Assembly (NCBI GenBank): GCA_964547425.1
Contig: CAZJNH010000002.1
Span: forward strand, 1,028-65,027
Reading direction: 5' to 3'
Length of the DNA: 64,000 bases
DNA from: an uncultured Candidatus Saccharibacteria bacterium
GTDB lineage: Bacteria > Patescibacteriota > Saccharimonadia > UBA4664 > CAZJNH01
Numbering within the stretch: the stretch's first letter is position 1; every line of letters begins with the position of its first letter. The notes beneath the pieces were generated by a model, which was given only the letters and a program-made list of their open reading frames with translations, searched no databases and was not told the origin of the DNA. This document shows, piece after piece, positions 39,232 to 48,582 of the stretch. A program made the position numbers and the translations under genes.

Positions 39232-39903
39232 ATGAAAATCGACATTTTGACTTTATTCCCCAGCATGTTTGATGGGCCGTTTGCCACCAGCATGCTCAAA
39301 AAAGCCCAGGATAATAAGTTGGCTGAAATTCGGATTCATGATCTTCGAAAATATGGTCTAGGATCTCGTCGAACGGTCGACGATACTCCATATGGCGGCG
39401 GGGCTGGTATGGTCTTGCGTCCAGAGCCGGTTTTCGACGCGGTTGAGGCGATCAAAAAGCAGAACCCAAAGGCTAAGGTTGTCGTTTTGACTCCGTCGGG
39501 AAAGTTATTCAAACAAAAAATCGCTAGCGACATGAGTCGTGAGGCTGGTCTGATCTTGATCTGTGGCCACTACGAGGGTTTTGACGAGCGGATTTTGAGT
39601 TTGGCGGATCTGGAACTGTCTATCGGAGATTACGTATTAACGGGCGGCGAAATTCCAGCGATGGTGGTCGTTGATAGCGTTGTCAGGCTAATCCCCGGAG
39701 TGTTGGGCGATGATACTAGTTCGATTGAAGAATCGTTTAGCGATGGATTGCTGGAGTATCCGCACTACACAAAACCAGATGAATTTAAGGGCAAATCAGT
39801 ACCAGAAGTTTTAAAAAGCGGCCATCATGCCGAAATCGCCAAATGGCGTAAGGAGCAGGCTCTTAAAAAAACCAAGCAAAACCGGCCCGACCTGCTAAGA
39901 TAG
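39232..39903 (+). CDS. trmD: tRNA (guanine37-N1)-methyltransferase
   Basis: SPOUT TrmD motifs ([22 protein letters not shown]). Confidence 0.9.
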   Translation: MKIDILTLFPSMFDGPFATSMLKKAQDNKLAEIRIHDLRKYGLGSRRTVDDTPYGGGAGMVLRPEPVFDAVEAIKKQNPKAKVVVLTPSGKLFKQKIASDMSREAGLILICGHYEGFDERILSLADLELSIGDYVLTGGEIPAMVVVDSVVRLIPGVLGDDTSSIEESFSDGLLEYPHYTKPDEFKGKSVPEVLKSGHHAEIAKWRKEQALKKTKQNRPDLLR

Positions 39904-39908
39904 CCGCA

Positions 39909-40616
39909 ATGGTGTCAGTTATTATTCCGGCCTATAACGAAGCCGATGACCTACCCAAATGCTTGGACAGTTTAACCAAGCAACTAACCCGGCACCAATT
40001 CGAGGTTGTGGTAGTTGATAATGCATCGACCGATCAAACAAAAGCCGCCGCGATTACTTATAAAGCTAAGCTAAAGCTCAAAGTCATTGAAGAGGCTCGG
40101 ACGGGGCGAGGGGCAGCGAGAGCGGCTGGGTTTGCCGCCTCCGAAGGCCGAATTTTACTATCAACCGACGCTGACACTATCTTGCCACCGAACTGGGTCG
40201 ACTCGTTGGTAGATACGCTCGATTCTCATCCTGACTGGGTGGCGTTAAGTGGAACCTGCCGCATAATCGACCAAAGCTTGCTGGTTAACGGCTTTTTTAA
40301 TTGGTTCCAGCCGTTTTCGATGCGGGTGTTTCGTTTGTTGTTTGGGCATTACTGGCTAACAGGTTCGAATTTTGCTATTCGTAGCGATATTTACAAGAGG
40401 TCAGGTGGTTTCAATCCTAAAATTCCAGACCTCGAAGATCACGACCTTGCTTTCAAGGTAAGAAAACTGGGCAGGATAGGATTTTTGAGGCGACCAGCGG
40501 TCATTACCTCCGGAGAACGTTACCATCAAGGATTATTCCGTGGATTGGGTGAATACGTTCGCGCGTTCAATAGCCGGTTCTTGTTTAAGCGCAAACGGCC
40601 GTATAGCCGGGATTAA
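39909..40616 (+). CDS. family 2 glycosyltransferase
   Basis: N-terminus VSVIIPAYNE and the DxD region (STDADT). Confidence 0.75.
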   Translation: MVSVIIPAYNEADDLPKCLDSLTKQLTRHQFEVVVVDNASTDQTKAAAITYKAKLKLKVIEEARTGRGAARAAGFAASEGRILLSTDADTILPPNWVDSLVDTLDSHPDWVALSGTCRIIDQSLLVNGFFNWFQPFSMRVFRLLFGHYWLTGSNFAIRSDIYKRSGGFNPKIPDLEDHDLAFKVRKLGRIGFLRRPAVITSGERYHQGLFRGLGEYVRAFNSRFLFKRKRPYSRD

Positions 40617-41425
40617 TTGAGAGCTTTATAGATCGCGCTTGAGAGTTTGGCGAAGCTAGAGAAGGAGTTTGCTGGGTTAGTCCACGGGCCGGACAAAACG
40701 ACGATCAGATAATCGGTTTTGGAGCCGTAAACTATGCCGGCGTCGTGCATTAGGCCGCCGAGGTCGCCGGTTTTGTGTGCGATGGTCGTGCCGCCGGGTA
40801 AACCGAGAGGTAGGCGATTATTGACGCGTTGCGCTTTGAGTAAATTGGTCAGGATCTTGGTGCTCGATGGGCTAAGGAGCGTGCCGGCATAAAGTTTCTC
40901 GTAAAATTTTGCCACGTCGCCGGCCGAAGTGTGGAGGTTGTATTTATCGAGCGAGGTCGAACTAAAGCCCAACTGCTCCAGGCGGGCGTTTTGGTTACTC
41001 CATCCCAGTCTTGATCCAAGAGTTTCTCCGCACTGATTGCTCGAGACTGTGATCATCGGGTTTAGGCAGCCAATGACCGAACCAAGCTGGATTTGTCCTT
41101 GGTCGACCCGTTCCAAAATTCCTTGTGCCACGAACAGTTTATAGAGGCTGGCGCTGGTGAATTGCTGGTCGGCGTTGTGTGAAGCCGCGGCACCGGTTTT
41201 AAGATCCTCGATGACGATGCCATAAGAGACTGGTTGGGTGGATAAAAACCCGTCGACCGCCTGCTGTAAATTTTGGCTCTGAGCGGTACTATCCGTGGAA
41301 TCACTGGAGGATAGAGGTTGTACGGCGGCACTCAAACTGCCAATACCAATCAGAACCGTGGCTGCTACAATCGCGCTGGCTGCGACCACAACAAAAATCC
41401 GTGCTCGACCTCGACTCTCTAGCAT
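40613..41425 (-). CDS. class A beta-lactamase-like serine hydrolase with an N-terminal TM anchor
   Basis: SxxK (SLYK), KTG (HKTGDLGG), SDN-like loop; convergent with the GT2 gene and overlapping it by 4 nt. Confidence 0.6.
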   Translation of the reverse strand: MLESRGRARIFVVVAASAIVAATVLIGIGSLSAAVQPLSSSDSTDSTAQSQNLQQAVDGFLSTQPVSYGIVIEDLKTGAAASHNADQQFTSASLYKLFVAQGILERVDQGQIQLGSVIGCLNPMITVSSNQCGETLGSRLGWSNQNARLEQLGFSSTSLDKYNLHTSAGDVAKFYEKLYAGTLLSPSSTKILTNLLKAQRVNNRLPLGLPGGTTIAHKTGDLGGLMHDAGIVYGSKTDYLIVVLSGPWTNPANSFSSFAKLSSAIYKALN

Positions 41426-41519
41426 AAGCGTTATTATACCCCTTGTCCGCCTTCGTTGACATTTTTAACGGTAAGAGTAGAGTATTGTCACTCGAATTCC
41501 TTTGACACAAGGAGAGAAC

Positions 41520-42137
41520 GTGCGACGGGTGTGGGTATCGTTGCTTCTGGCGGCTTGCTTTTCGCTCGTGATTGAGGCTCCGGCGGGCTCGGAATCGGTG
41601 CAAGCTGTGGTTTCGCATCGGATTGTGGTGCCTCGATCTGCCCTGCTGGGGTATTTGCCGCTCCGGCCGCCGGATCCGATCTACAGCCATTTGCCGGCGC
41701 AAAGGGCCGGAAAGATGGTAGTTGTAGATATCTCGGACTTCATGCTCTATGAGCTGGTGGACGGGATTATCGTCAAACGGCTACAAATTTCGACCGGTTT
41801 CGGCGGTCCATTCCGTGAACTTCACCGCCTGCCGGGCGGCCAATACGAATTGGAAACCGGCCACGCCGACACGCACAGAGGGGCGTTTGAGGCGCACCGC
41901 CAAAAAGTCGATGGCTACGACGGGGAGCTGCTGCATATGGGTCCAGGCGGGACCTACACCAGCAAACTCGGAGTGATGAGTTGGCCGGTTTGGTTTTACG
42001 GCACCATCGACGCCATTCACGGCGAGGATGTACCGAACTACAACGCCTCGCATGGATGTGTTCGGATCCCCTGGCAAGAAGCTAAGCCGTTCTACGATTG
42101 GACGCCCGACGGGACGCCGATCGTCGTTCAGCAGTAA
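41520..42137 (+). CDS. L,D-transpeptidase (YkuD domain)
   Basis: Catalytic motif SHGCVRIP; GTG start at 41520 preceded by AAGGAGAG; signal peptide. Confidence 0.7.
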   Translation: MRRVWVSLLLAACFSLVIEAPAGSESVQAVVSHRIVVPRSALLGYLPLRPPDPIYSHLPAQRAGKMVVVDISDFMLYELVDGIIVKRLQISTGFGGPFRELHRLPGGQYELETGHADTHRGAFEAHRQKVDGYDGELLHMGPGGTYTSKLGVMSWPVWFYGTIDAIHGEDVPNYNASHGCVRIPWQEAKPFYDWTPDGTPIVVQQ

Positions 42138-42201
42138 GGTTTTCGAAGTCCCCGGTCAAAAGATGGCCGGGGACTTTAATATTGAGTGCTAGAATTAAAA
42201 C

Positions 42202-42789
<588 letters not shown>

Positions 42790-42806
42790 CTCAAATTATT
42801 GCTAAA

Positions 42807-42870
42807 ACATGTATTTTTCTAACCTGTTAAGGGTGTAACCCTTAACAGGTTAGTCGATTACAAGGTTTCC
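42807..42870. repeat. REP-like palindromic element, family 2 (copy B), contains the perfect 16-bp-stem hairpin CTAACCTGTTAAGGGT-GTA-ACCCTTAACAGGTTAG
   Basis: Read directly; the stop codon of the adjacent transposase lies inside the hairpin. Confidence 0.85.
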
Positions 42871-43461
42871 TAGTAACGGTTTAGAGTCTCGGATTAAACC
42901 CTCATGGAAGTCAGAAAACTCCATAGAGCCTGAAAACAGGCTAAGAACATCGATATGCTTCAACCACCGTGGAGCATGTCCTAACACGAAATAACGGTAG
43001 CTTGAATACGGGTATCGCAGGTAGCTCAACCTGATAGTTTGGGGATTTAGATGGATGTAACGGGTCAAGTGCATAATTTGCTCGTCTGATTCTGCGAGAA
43101 CCGCTTTATATGTCCCCTGAAACAAACTCCCGACGCGGTTGTGCCTCGTATTGAAATACATTGCATATTTGGTCCCAATAGATTTCATTAACTTCGTAAT
43201 ACCTTCAGCCGTGTTTTGCCTGACGAGCAAATGAAAATGATTGGGCATCAAGCAATACGCTAAAAGATCGATTTCTTTACTTAGTTCCGGCAAGTTGTCG
43301 GGCCGTTTTTTTTGATCCGGGTCCAAATAAAGTTTCAGATAGCCTAGAAACACTCGATAATCTTGGTCGTCCATGAAGATATCACGTTTTTCAACACCTC
43401 GGTTGTAGATGTGGTAGTACCCGCCCTCTTGATATTGCTTGATAGTATTACGGCTTGGCAT
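42850..43461 (-). CDS. tnpA: IS200/IS605-family Y1 (HuH) transposase-like protein (RAYT-like), second paralog
   Basis: HuH motif MPNHFHLLVRQ, GTYKAV Tyr region; about 55% identical to the 12003..12557 product; flanked by family-2 REP copies B and C. Confidence 0.8.
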   Translation of the reverse strand: MPSRNTIKQYQEGGYYHIYNRGVEKRDIFMDDQDYRVFLGYLKLYLDPDQKKRPDNLPELSKEIDLLAYCLMPNHFHLLVRQNTAEGITKLMKSIGTKYAMYFNTRHNRVGSLFQGTYKAVLAESDEQIMHLTRYIHLNPQTIRLSYLRYPYSSYRYFVLGHAPRWLKHIDVLSLFSGSMEFSDFHEGLIRDSKPLLGNLVID

Positions 43462-43476
43462 CGGTGTATCAATATA

Positions 43477-43546
43477 ACGTGTATTTTCCTAACCTGTAAA
43501 GGGTTACACCCTTAACAGATGGGTGAAATACAAGGTTAGGTTTTGT
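43477..43546. repeat. REP-like palindromic element, family 2 (copy C)
   Basis: AACGTGTATTTTCCTAACCTGTAAAGGGTTACACCCTTAACAGATGGGTGAAATACAAGGTTAGG. Confidence 0.85.
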
Positions 43547-43853
43547 GGCTTTGGTAAAGCCCAATTAGGGCACCAAAAATTACTGAAAAAGCGAAGTAAG
43601 GGATAAGGCTGGGGAGATAGGTGATGCTGCCGGCGTAGCCCTTGTCGGTTAGGATTTTGCCTAGCTCAATTAGCCGTAGAGGGCCAAGCCGAACGGTGAC
43701 GACGAGTGAATCCGCGTTTATGAAGCGGCGCGCGTACCAAAGAGTTAGCCCAAGCAGCAACATTGATGCAGCGATAAGTGCTTTGCCGGTCCAGCTGGCA
43801 ACTTGGTTTTGGGATTTAGTACGGTCTAACATGCCTTGGATTCCTCCAAACAA
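43536..43853 (-). CDS. small membrane protein (two TM)
   Basis: 105 aa, hydrophobic helices; no family recognised; the start may be internal. Confidence 0.35.
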   Translation of the reverse strand: MFGGIQGMLDRTKSQNQVASWTGKALIAASMLLLGLTLWYARRFINADSLVVTVRLGPLRLIELGKILTDKGYAGSITYLPSLIPYFAFSVIFGALIGLYQSHKT

Positions 43854-45156
43854 AATTATTTCTGATCCGCTCGATTAAAAAACAAAGCCCAAATAGGGTC
43901 ACAGCGAGAACTGCATACCCTAGCGTGGTCTGCTGCGGCGCTAAAACGGAGGATAATTTTGGTAGCCCGATCAGTAACGACACGCACAAGCTAGCGCTTA
44001 ATAATTGCCCCGACACGTCGCGCCCGCCGGTGACCAGGGACTCCGAAACCGCCAGACCAACCGCTGAGCTAAACAACATCAAGACCACAAACTTCATACC
44101 GATAAATCCGTCGTTGGACAAAGCGATCACGGCAAATCCGATTGGTGCTGTGGCAAGCATTGATAGTAGGGTGACTGTAAGCAATTGTGTCCGCATAAAT
44201 CGGACAACGCCGTAGAGCCCGGTGATTTCCGGCGGTTTAAATTTTTTAACGGCTCCTCTTGCGTCCGTCGCGAACGCACTGGCAAGTACCGCCGCGACTA
44301 TCAAGAAGACTCCGCCATCACCGACAGCGGTTTGATGATATAACGCGGATATGGCGACCAAACTACTTAGCGCGATCGTTACCGCAAAAGCCCCGGCGAT
44401 GCGCCGATGACGTAACAGTTTCGCGAAGTACCAGTGTCGATTCGAGCTATAAGATAACGTTTTTGTTTGCAGGTTTTGCTCCTGCTGGAGGCGCTCGGTT
44501 AAGCCATAAACGCTAATTACTAACCACACAACCGGAATTACCAAGATTAAGGCTGCCGCGGAGTACCAGGCCAAGCTTGGCTGCCCTTCGAAATAAGCGA
44601 TGATTATCTTTTTTAACAACAAAATCTCATCTGCCGCGATTAAGCCCGCCAAACCAAGCCGTAATGCCAACTTCGAACTAGGTTGGTAACTAGCAAGCCC
44701 AAACCCTGAAATGAGTCCGATCCCGACAGCGCCGACTACTTGTCCGGTAGGTAGGCCGAGATTAGCCACAACTAGCCAGAGAGGCTGAATAATCAGGACC
44801 AGAAGCAAACAGCCAAGAATAATTCCAGGGGCGTTAATGACTAGCCATCGCCGCACCGGGCCAATCGGTAGCGCAACCATCAACCGTGCTAAAGCTGACC
44901 GGCTAGGCAGAATGGCTTGGCCCATCAGCAAGCTTATTCCCGCCAGCAGCTGCACGCCCACGGTGATCACCACTAGCCACCACCATTTCGGCAGGCCGGG
45001 ATACAGCGGCAGCTGACGCAGAGCCGGCACCATCAAGCCGGTGAAAGCTAGGAGCAACGCCACTAATGCCACTAACCGAACCCTGGCTTTGCGCAGCAAT
45101 GGCCCTTTATCCCGCCCGAACGTCGTCACCAAACCAAGTTTAGTAAATTCAAACAC
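43816..45156 (-). CDS. polytopic membrane permease, probably the ABC transporter transmembrane subunit
   Basis: 446 aa with 10 or more predicted TM helices; start overlaps the upstream ATPase gene. Confidence 0.5.
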   Translation of the reverse strand: MFEFTKLGLVTTFGRDKGPLLRKARVRLVALVALLLAFTGLMVPALRQLPLYPGLPKWWWLVVITVGVQLLAGISLLMGQAILPSRSALARLMVALPIGPVRRWLVINAPGIILGCLLLVLIIQPLWLVVANLGLPTGQVVGAVGIGLISGFGLASYQPSSKLALRLGLAGLIAADEILLLKKIIIAYFEGQPSLAWYSAAALILVIPVVWLVISVYGLTERLQQEQNLQTKTLSYSSNRHWYFAKLLRHRRIAGAFAVTIALSSLVAISALYHQTAVGDGGVFLIVAAVLASAFATDARGAVKKFKPPEITGLYGVVRFMRTQLLTVTLLSMLATAPIGFAVIALSNDGFIGMKFVVLMLFSSAVGLAVSESLVTGGRDVSGQLLSASLCVSLLIGLPKLSSVLAPQQTTLGYAVLAVTLFGLCFLIERIRNNFVWRNPRHVRPY

Positions 45157-45928
45157 CGGCGGCCGCCAGCTTCAAAAACAGCCGCTCTAGACTGCCAAAC
45201 CGCCTGACCAGCTCTTGTTTGCGCCCCTTAATCGCTACTTCGCCGTCATTTAGCAGCAAAATCTCATCGGCGACACGCTCCGCCCACCATAGGTCATGGG
45301 TCGCGGCGACAATAGAGGCGCCCCGCTTAGCTTCATCCCGAATTAATTTTTCAGCCGCGATGATTGCCAGTGGATCCAAACCGTTGCGCAACTCGTCAAC
45401 AACAATCACCGCTGGTGAGTGCATTAACCCCGCGATAATCTGGACCTTCTTTTTGTTTCCATGGCTTAAGCTTTCAAGAGCTTGATCCCACGAGGAAAAA
45501 TACAATCGGGCGGCCAGCTTCTCAGTTAACCCGTCTTGAACCTTACGACCTGCGTCCTCATATACTTTGCCAAGCAGCCTAAAGTACTCGCGTGCCGTTA
45601 GCTCAGCTACGAACCAGCTGTCGTCGTCGGGTATAAAACCAAGCGAGGCCTTGGTTTGCCGCAGATTATGGCTGAGTGTTTGGCCGCCCAACTTAACTTC
45701 TCCTCGGTCCGGCTTAGTCAGCCCAGCCAATGTTTCAAGCAAAGTAGTCTTGCCGCTGCCGTTCGGACCGGTGACGCTAAGTATTCGCCCTGGGAGCACT
45801 TCGAGGCTATCGATGACCAACTTAAAATTCCGGCCGCGTTTAACCTCAAGAGATTCCAGCTGCAGTGCCGGCTTTAGGCCCATCGCGATCTCCCAATCTT
45901 GACTAGCGTCAGCCCATCTCCATACCAT
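45149..45928 (-). CDS. ABC transporter ATP-binding protein
   Basis: Walker A GPNGSGKTT, signature-like LSHGNKKKV, Walker B VVVDE, H-loop. Confidence 0.8.
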   Translation of the reverse strand: MVWRWADASQDWEIAMGLKPALQLESLEVKRGRNFKLVIDSLEVLPGRILSVTGPNGSGKTTLLETLAGLTKPDRGEVKLGGQTLSHNLRQTKASLGFIPDDDSWFVAELTAREYFRLLGKVYEDAGRKVQDGLTEKLAARLYFSSWDQALESLSHGNKKKVQIIAGLMHSPAVIVVDELRNGLDPLAIIAAEKLIRDEAKRGASIVAATHDLWWAERVADEILLLNDGEVAIKGRKQELVRRFGSLERLFLKLAAAGV

Positions 45929-46686
45929 GGGAGCCAGCTCGCCGCGTGCGTCAAACCAATCAATATTCCGTAAGTTGGAATTGCGCTATCGATCAATCCT
46001 CCGGCCCGGCCAAACGCAATCGCGGTTAGTCCTCCCAATAAAGGACATAGCAGAGCCGAAAACAGCTCTTTGCGAGGGGGAAGTTCGGGATGCACGACGC
46101 CTAGCCTTAGCCCCTGCTGCAAAACACTCGAGCGCCGGCCGCTCCACGTGGCAATTAAAACGTGGAAATATTCATGCACGATCAGGCTAATCAGGATCAT
46201 CACTAGCGACGCTCCGGTAATAGCGATGAACTTTGCCATAGCGAATAACCCGCTGCCATTCGCTAGCAGCAACAAAATTGGCCAGCTAAGCCATATCCAA
46301 CCGGTTGCCCGCAAAGTTGCCACCGTCACCGACCTCAAACCGCCCGGCCGTCGATAACTAAGCTTCGGCAACCTCATACCCTGGAATATCCAGAGCACTC
46401 GACTTAGCTCTTGCTTGATAGCTCCAGCCCAGCCGCGTTTAACCCTGAGCGCTCCGGTATGGTTCAAAAAACTCAAAACCTCAGCCAGCTGCTCATCCTT
46501 TAGCCCGGATTTCGCTAACCAGCTAGAGTAGGAGATTGAACTCCGTAAGAGTTTCAACGCTCGGTAGGCCTGTTTGTTGATCTGGTGATTTGCGTCCAGA
46601 GTCACATCAACCAGATAATATTTAGTTAGGATAAATTCGTTGGAGAGCGACAAGGTGTCGCCCTCCAACAGATACGGTTGTGGCAT
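45874..46686 (-). CDS. membrane-embedded HExxH zinc metalloprotease-like protein (M50/SpoIVFB-like) with an approximately 100-aa N-terminal soluble domain
   Basis: HEYFH inside a TM helix, further TM helices, N-terminal non-membrane domain; overlaps the ABC ATPase start. Confidence 0.45.
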   Translation of the reverse strand: MPQPYLLEGDTLSLSNEFILTKYYLVDVTLDANHQINKQAYRALKLLRSSISYSSWLAKSGLKDEQLAEVLSFLNHTGALRVKRGWAGAIKQELSRVLWIFQGMRLPKLSYRRPGGLRSVTVATLRATGWIWLSWPILLLLANGSGLFAMAKFIAITGASLVMILISLIVHEYFHVLIATWSGRRSSVLQQGLRLGVVHPELPPRKELFSALLCPLLGGLTAIAFGRAGGLIDSAIPTYGILIGLTHAASWLPWYGDGLTLVKIGRSRWA

Positions 46687-46694
46687 ATTCTAAC

Positions 46695-46889
46695 TTAGTT
46701 GCAGTAGAAGATGACGCGTCCGCGGAGCCAGTCGACCGCGAGCTGTTTGGTCCGGTGCCAACCGCAAATGAACACCGAAACCGCTGCCGCGCCGCCGATG
46801 GCCAAAATCCAGACCAAGGCGACCACGATAATGGCCACCTCTTTTGTGCTGTAGTTGACTGAAGAGTCGGCCACAATTAGTGAGTTCAC
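46695..46889 (-). CDS. small single-TM peptide (64 aa) at the head of the M50-like/ABC operon
   Basis: GTG start 7 nt after the strong SD AAGGGGGAAG; hydrophobic core VAIIVVALVWILAIGGAAAVSVFICGW; ends 8 nt before the M50-like start. Confidence 0.45.
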   Translation of the reverse strand: MNSLIVADSSVNYSTKEVAIIVVALVWILAIGGAAAVSVFICGWHRTKQLAVDWLRGRVIFYCN

Positions 46890-47083
46890 TAAGCTTCCCC
46901 CTTAAATTAATATGCGATTTCGTTTATACGAAATGCTTGCTCGGCTTGTCAATAACTTTTTGGTTATTTCTCCAAATAGAAAATACATACTTGTTATGTT
47001 ACACAAGTTCAAGTTTTTTTGGAGCCGTGTTATCGTGGTCGTATTGTTCGTTGTCGCGAAAAAAATAACCAGTAGGAGGGTAC

Positions 47084-47641
47084 ATGCTAAAAGAAATTAT
47101 TAATGAAACATCCGAAGCTGTTGTTGCGGCCGTCAAAGGTGTCGACGACATTTTAGGGGCGGTCACCGGCACCGTTAAGCACCAAGTGACCAGCGTACTC
47201 AAAGGCACCGGTGAGGTTTCGGGCAGCGGGATCGACGCGGTGGCTTCGGTTGCCAGCGGTGCGATTCAAGGGGCAGGCAAGGTTGGAGCCTCGTTGACCG
47301 AAGTCGTTAGCGGTACTATGCATGGTGTGGTTGGCGCGGCCAGCCAGGCTGGCAGTGATGTTACTGACGCAGTCCGCGGTGCAGCGACCGGTGTGGTCCA
47401 GGGTACCGCCGAGGTCGGCGGAGATGTTGGCGGCGCTGCCGTTTCGGCGGTTGAAGGCGCGATCAAGGCGGCCGGTGACGTGGGTGCTGATACCGGCGAA
47501 GCCGCTACGGCCGCGGTCGGCGGCGCGATGAAGGCCGCTACTACAGTTGGCGGCGATGCGGCTGGTAAAGTCCGTGAGGCCCTGCTTTCCGCGGCCGCTC
47601 TGCCCCGCGACACTATCGAAGCAGCTCTAAAAGGCAGTTAG
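47084..47641 (+). CDS. Gly/Ala/Val-rich tandem-repeat protein (about 22-aa periodic repeats), no TM or signal
   Basis: RBS AGGAGGG; repeats such as GAIKAAGDVGADTGEAATAAVG and GAMKAATTVGGDAAGKVREA visible at the protein and DNA level. Confidence 0.5.
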   Translation: MLKEIINETSEAVVAAVKGVDDILGAVTGTVKHQVTSVLKGTGEVSGSGIDAVASVASGAIQGAGKVGASLTEVVSGTMHGVVGAASQAGSDVTDAVRGAATGVVQGTAEVGGDVGGAAVSAVEGAIKAAGDVGADTGEAATAAVGGAMKAATTVGGDAAGKVREALLSAAALPRDTIEAALKGS

Positions 47642-47668
47642 CTTTTTAGCAGTAAAATTCGAACACTA

Positions 47669-47705
47669 AAAAAAAAGCCCGACGAATTGTCGGGCTTTTT
47701 TGTTT
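47669..47705. terminator. bidirectional rho-independent terminator
   Basis: AAAAAAAAAGCCCGACGAATTGTCGGGCTTTTTTTG with an A-tract on the left and a T-tract on the right. Confidence 0.8.
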
Positions 47706-47769
47706 AGGCATCAGAGGGGTTTGGGACCGCCCGCCGAATTGGCGAACGGTCCCTGATCCCATGGTTGTG

Positions 47770-48010
47770 CTAGAACCGCACGATCAGCCAGTGGGCGACG
47801 TACGCGAGACCCGTGAGGGCCACGACGTTGAACCCGAGGCTGACGAGCTTGCTACTCACCGAGTTGGCGGTGTCGACGGCCTTCTCCGCGAGAGCGGAGC
47901 CGGCGTCGGTCGCCTTGGTGACGAGGTCGGTGCCTGTCCCTACTACTTCATCGATCATCTCGCGACCGGTGTGGAGGACAGCCACTGCAGCGTTTCCGCT
48001 AGCTTCCATG
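47770..48010 (-). CDS. small C-terminally membrane-anchored protein with composition related to the 47084 product
   Basis: Strong RBS AAGGAGGTG then ATG (MEASGNAAV..); 80 aa; C-terminal TM; the longer ORF-track version is an upstream extension. Confidence 0.45.
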
Positions 48011-48183
48011 TGTTTCACCTCCTTTGAGGTGTGAGGATGTAAATCAGAACGGTATAAATCTCTGGATGCCACAACCAAGTCGTTCTAAAGTGCTTACGCT
48101 TAGTTGTTAGCAACCATATTACCATAATAGTTTTGATTTGTCAAGTACTTGTAAGGTCGATTTCTATCTGGAAAAAGACGAAT

Positions 48184-48582
48184 TTAGGGCTTTTTGGTCG
48201 ATTTTAGGCTGTTTTTGATGGCTTTTAGCTCCTCCATCTGCTGGTCCTGTAAATTGGCCAAGTGTGTCAAAGTTTCGTGATCGGTTTCGGCTTTGGCGTC
48301 GTTTTGGGCCTGGATTTTGTTCTGGCTGCGCTGAAGTGCCGGCAACGCCCACCACTGGATCCAGCTACCGGAGATCACCCCTAGAGTAATCTTGACCCCT
48401 GAAGGCGCCCGCAGTACCAAAAGCGGCACGATTAGTGCCACGTCAAACAGTAATACCGACGCCAAAATATGGTTAGTAATCCAGGTTAAAACTGCGTCGT
48501 TAGCCCGCAGAGCCGCGTTTTGCTTGGCCTTCGCGGCTTTAATTAGCTCTTTAGGATGCCGAACCTTAGGATGGCTATTCAT
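48184..48582 (-). CDS. DUF1003-like membrane protein
   Basis: Two TM helices followed by a QRSQNKIQAQNDAKAETDHE segment reminiscent of DUF1003; start taken at MNSHPK. Confidence 0.4.
   Translation of the reverse strand: MNSHPKVRHPKELIKAAKAKQNAALRANDAVLTWITNHILASVLLFDVALIVPLLVLRAPSGVKITLGVISGSWIQWWALPALQRSQNKIQAQNDAKAETDHETLTHLANLQDQQMEELKAIKNSLKSTKKP

Noticed and set aside
47700-47765. GC-rich inverted repeat GGACCGCCCGCCGAATTGGCGAACGGTCC considered as a regulatory element or riboswitch
   Set aside because: It lies immediately 3' of the minus-strand 80-aa gene and is most simply its terminator hairpin; nothing else suggests a structured RNA.
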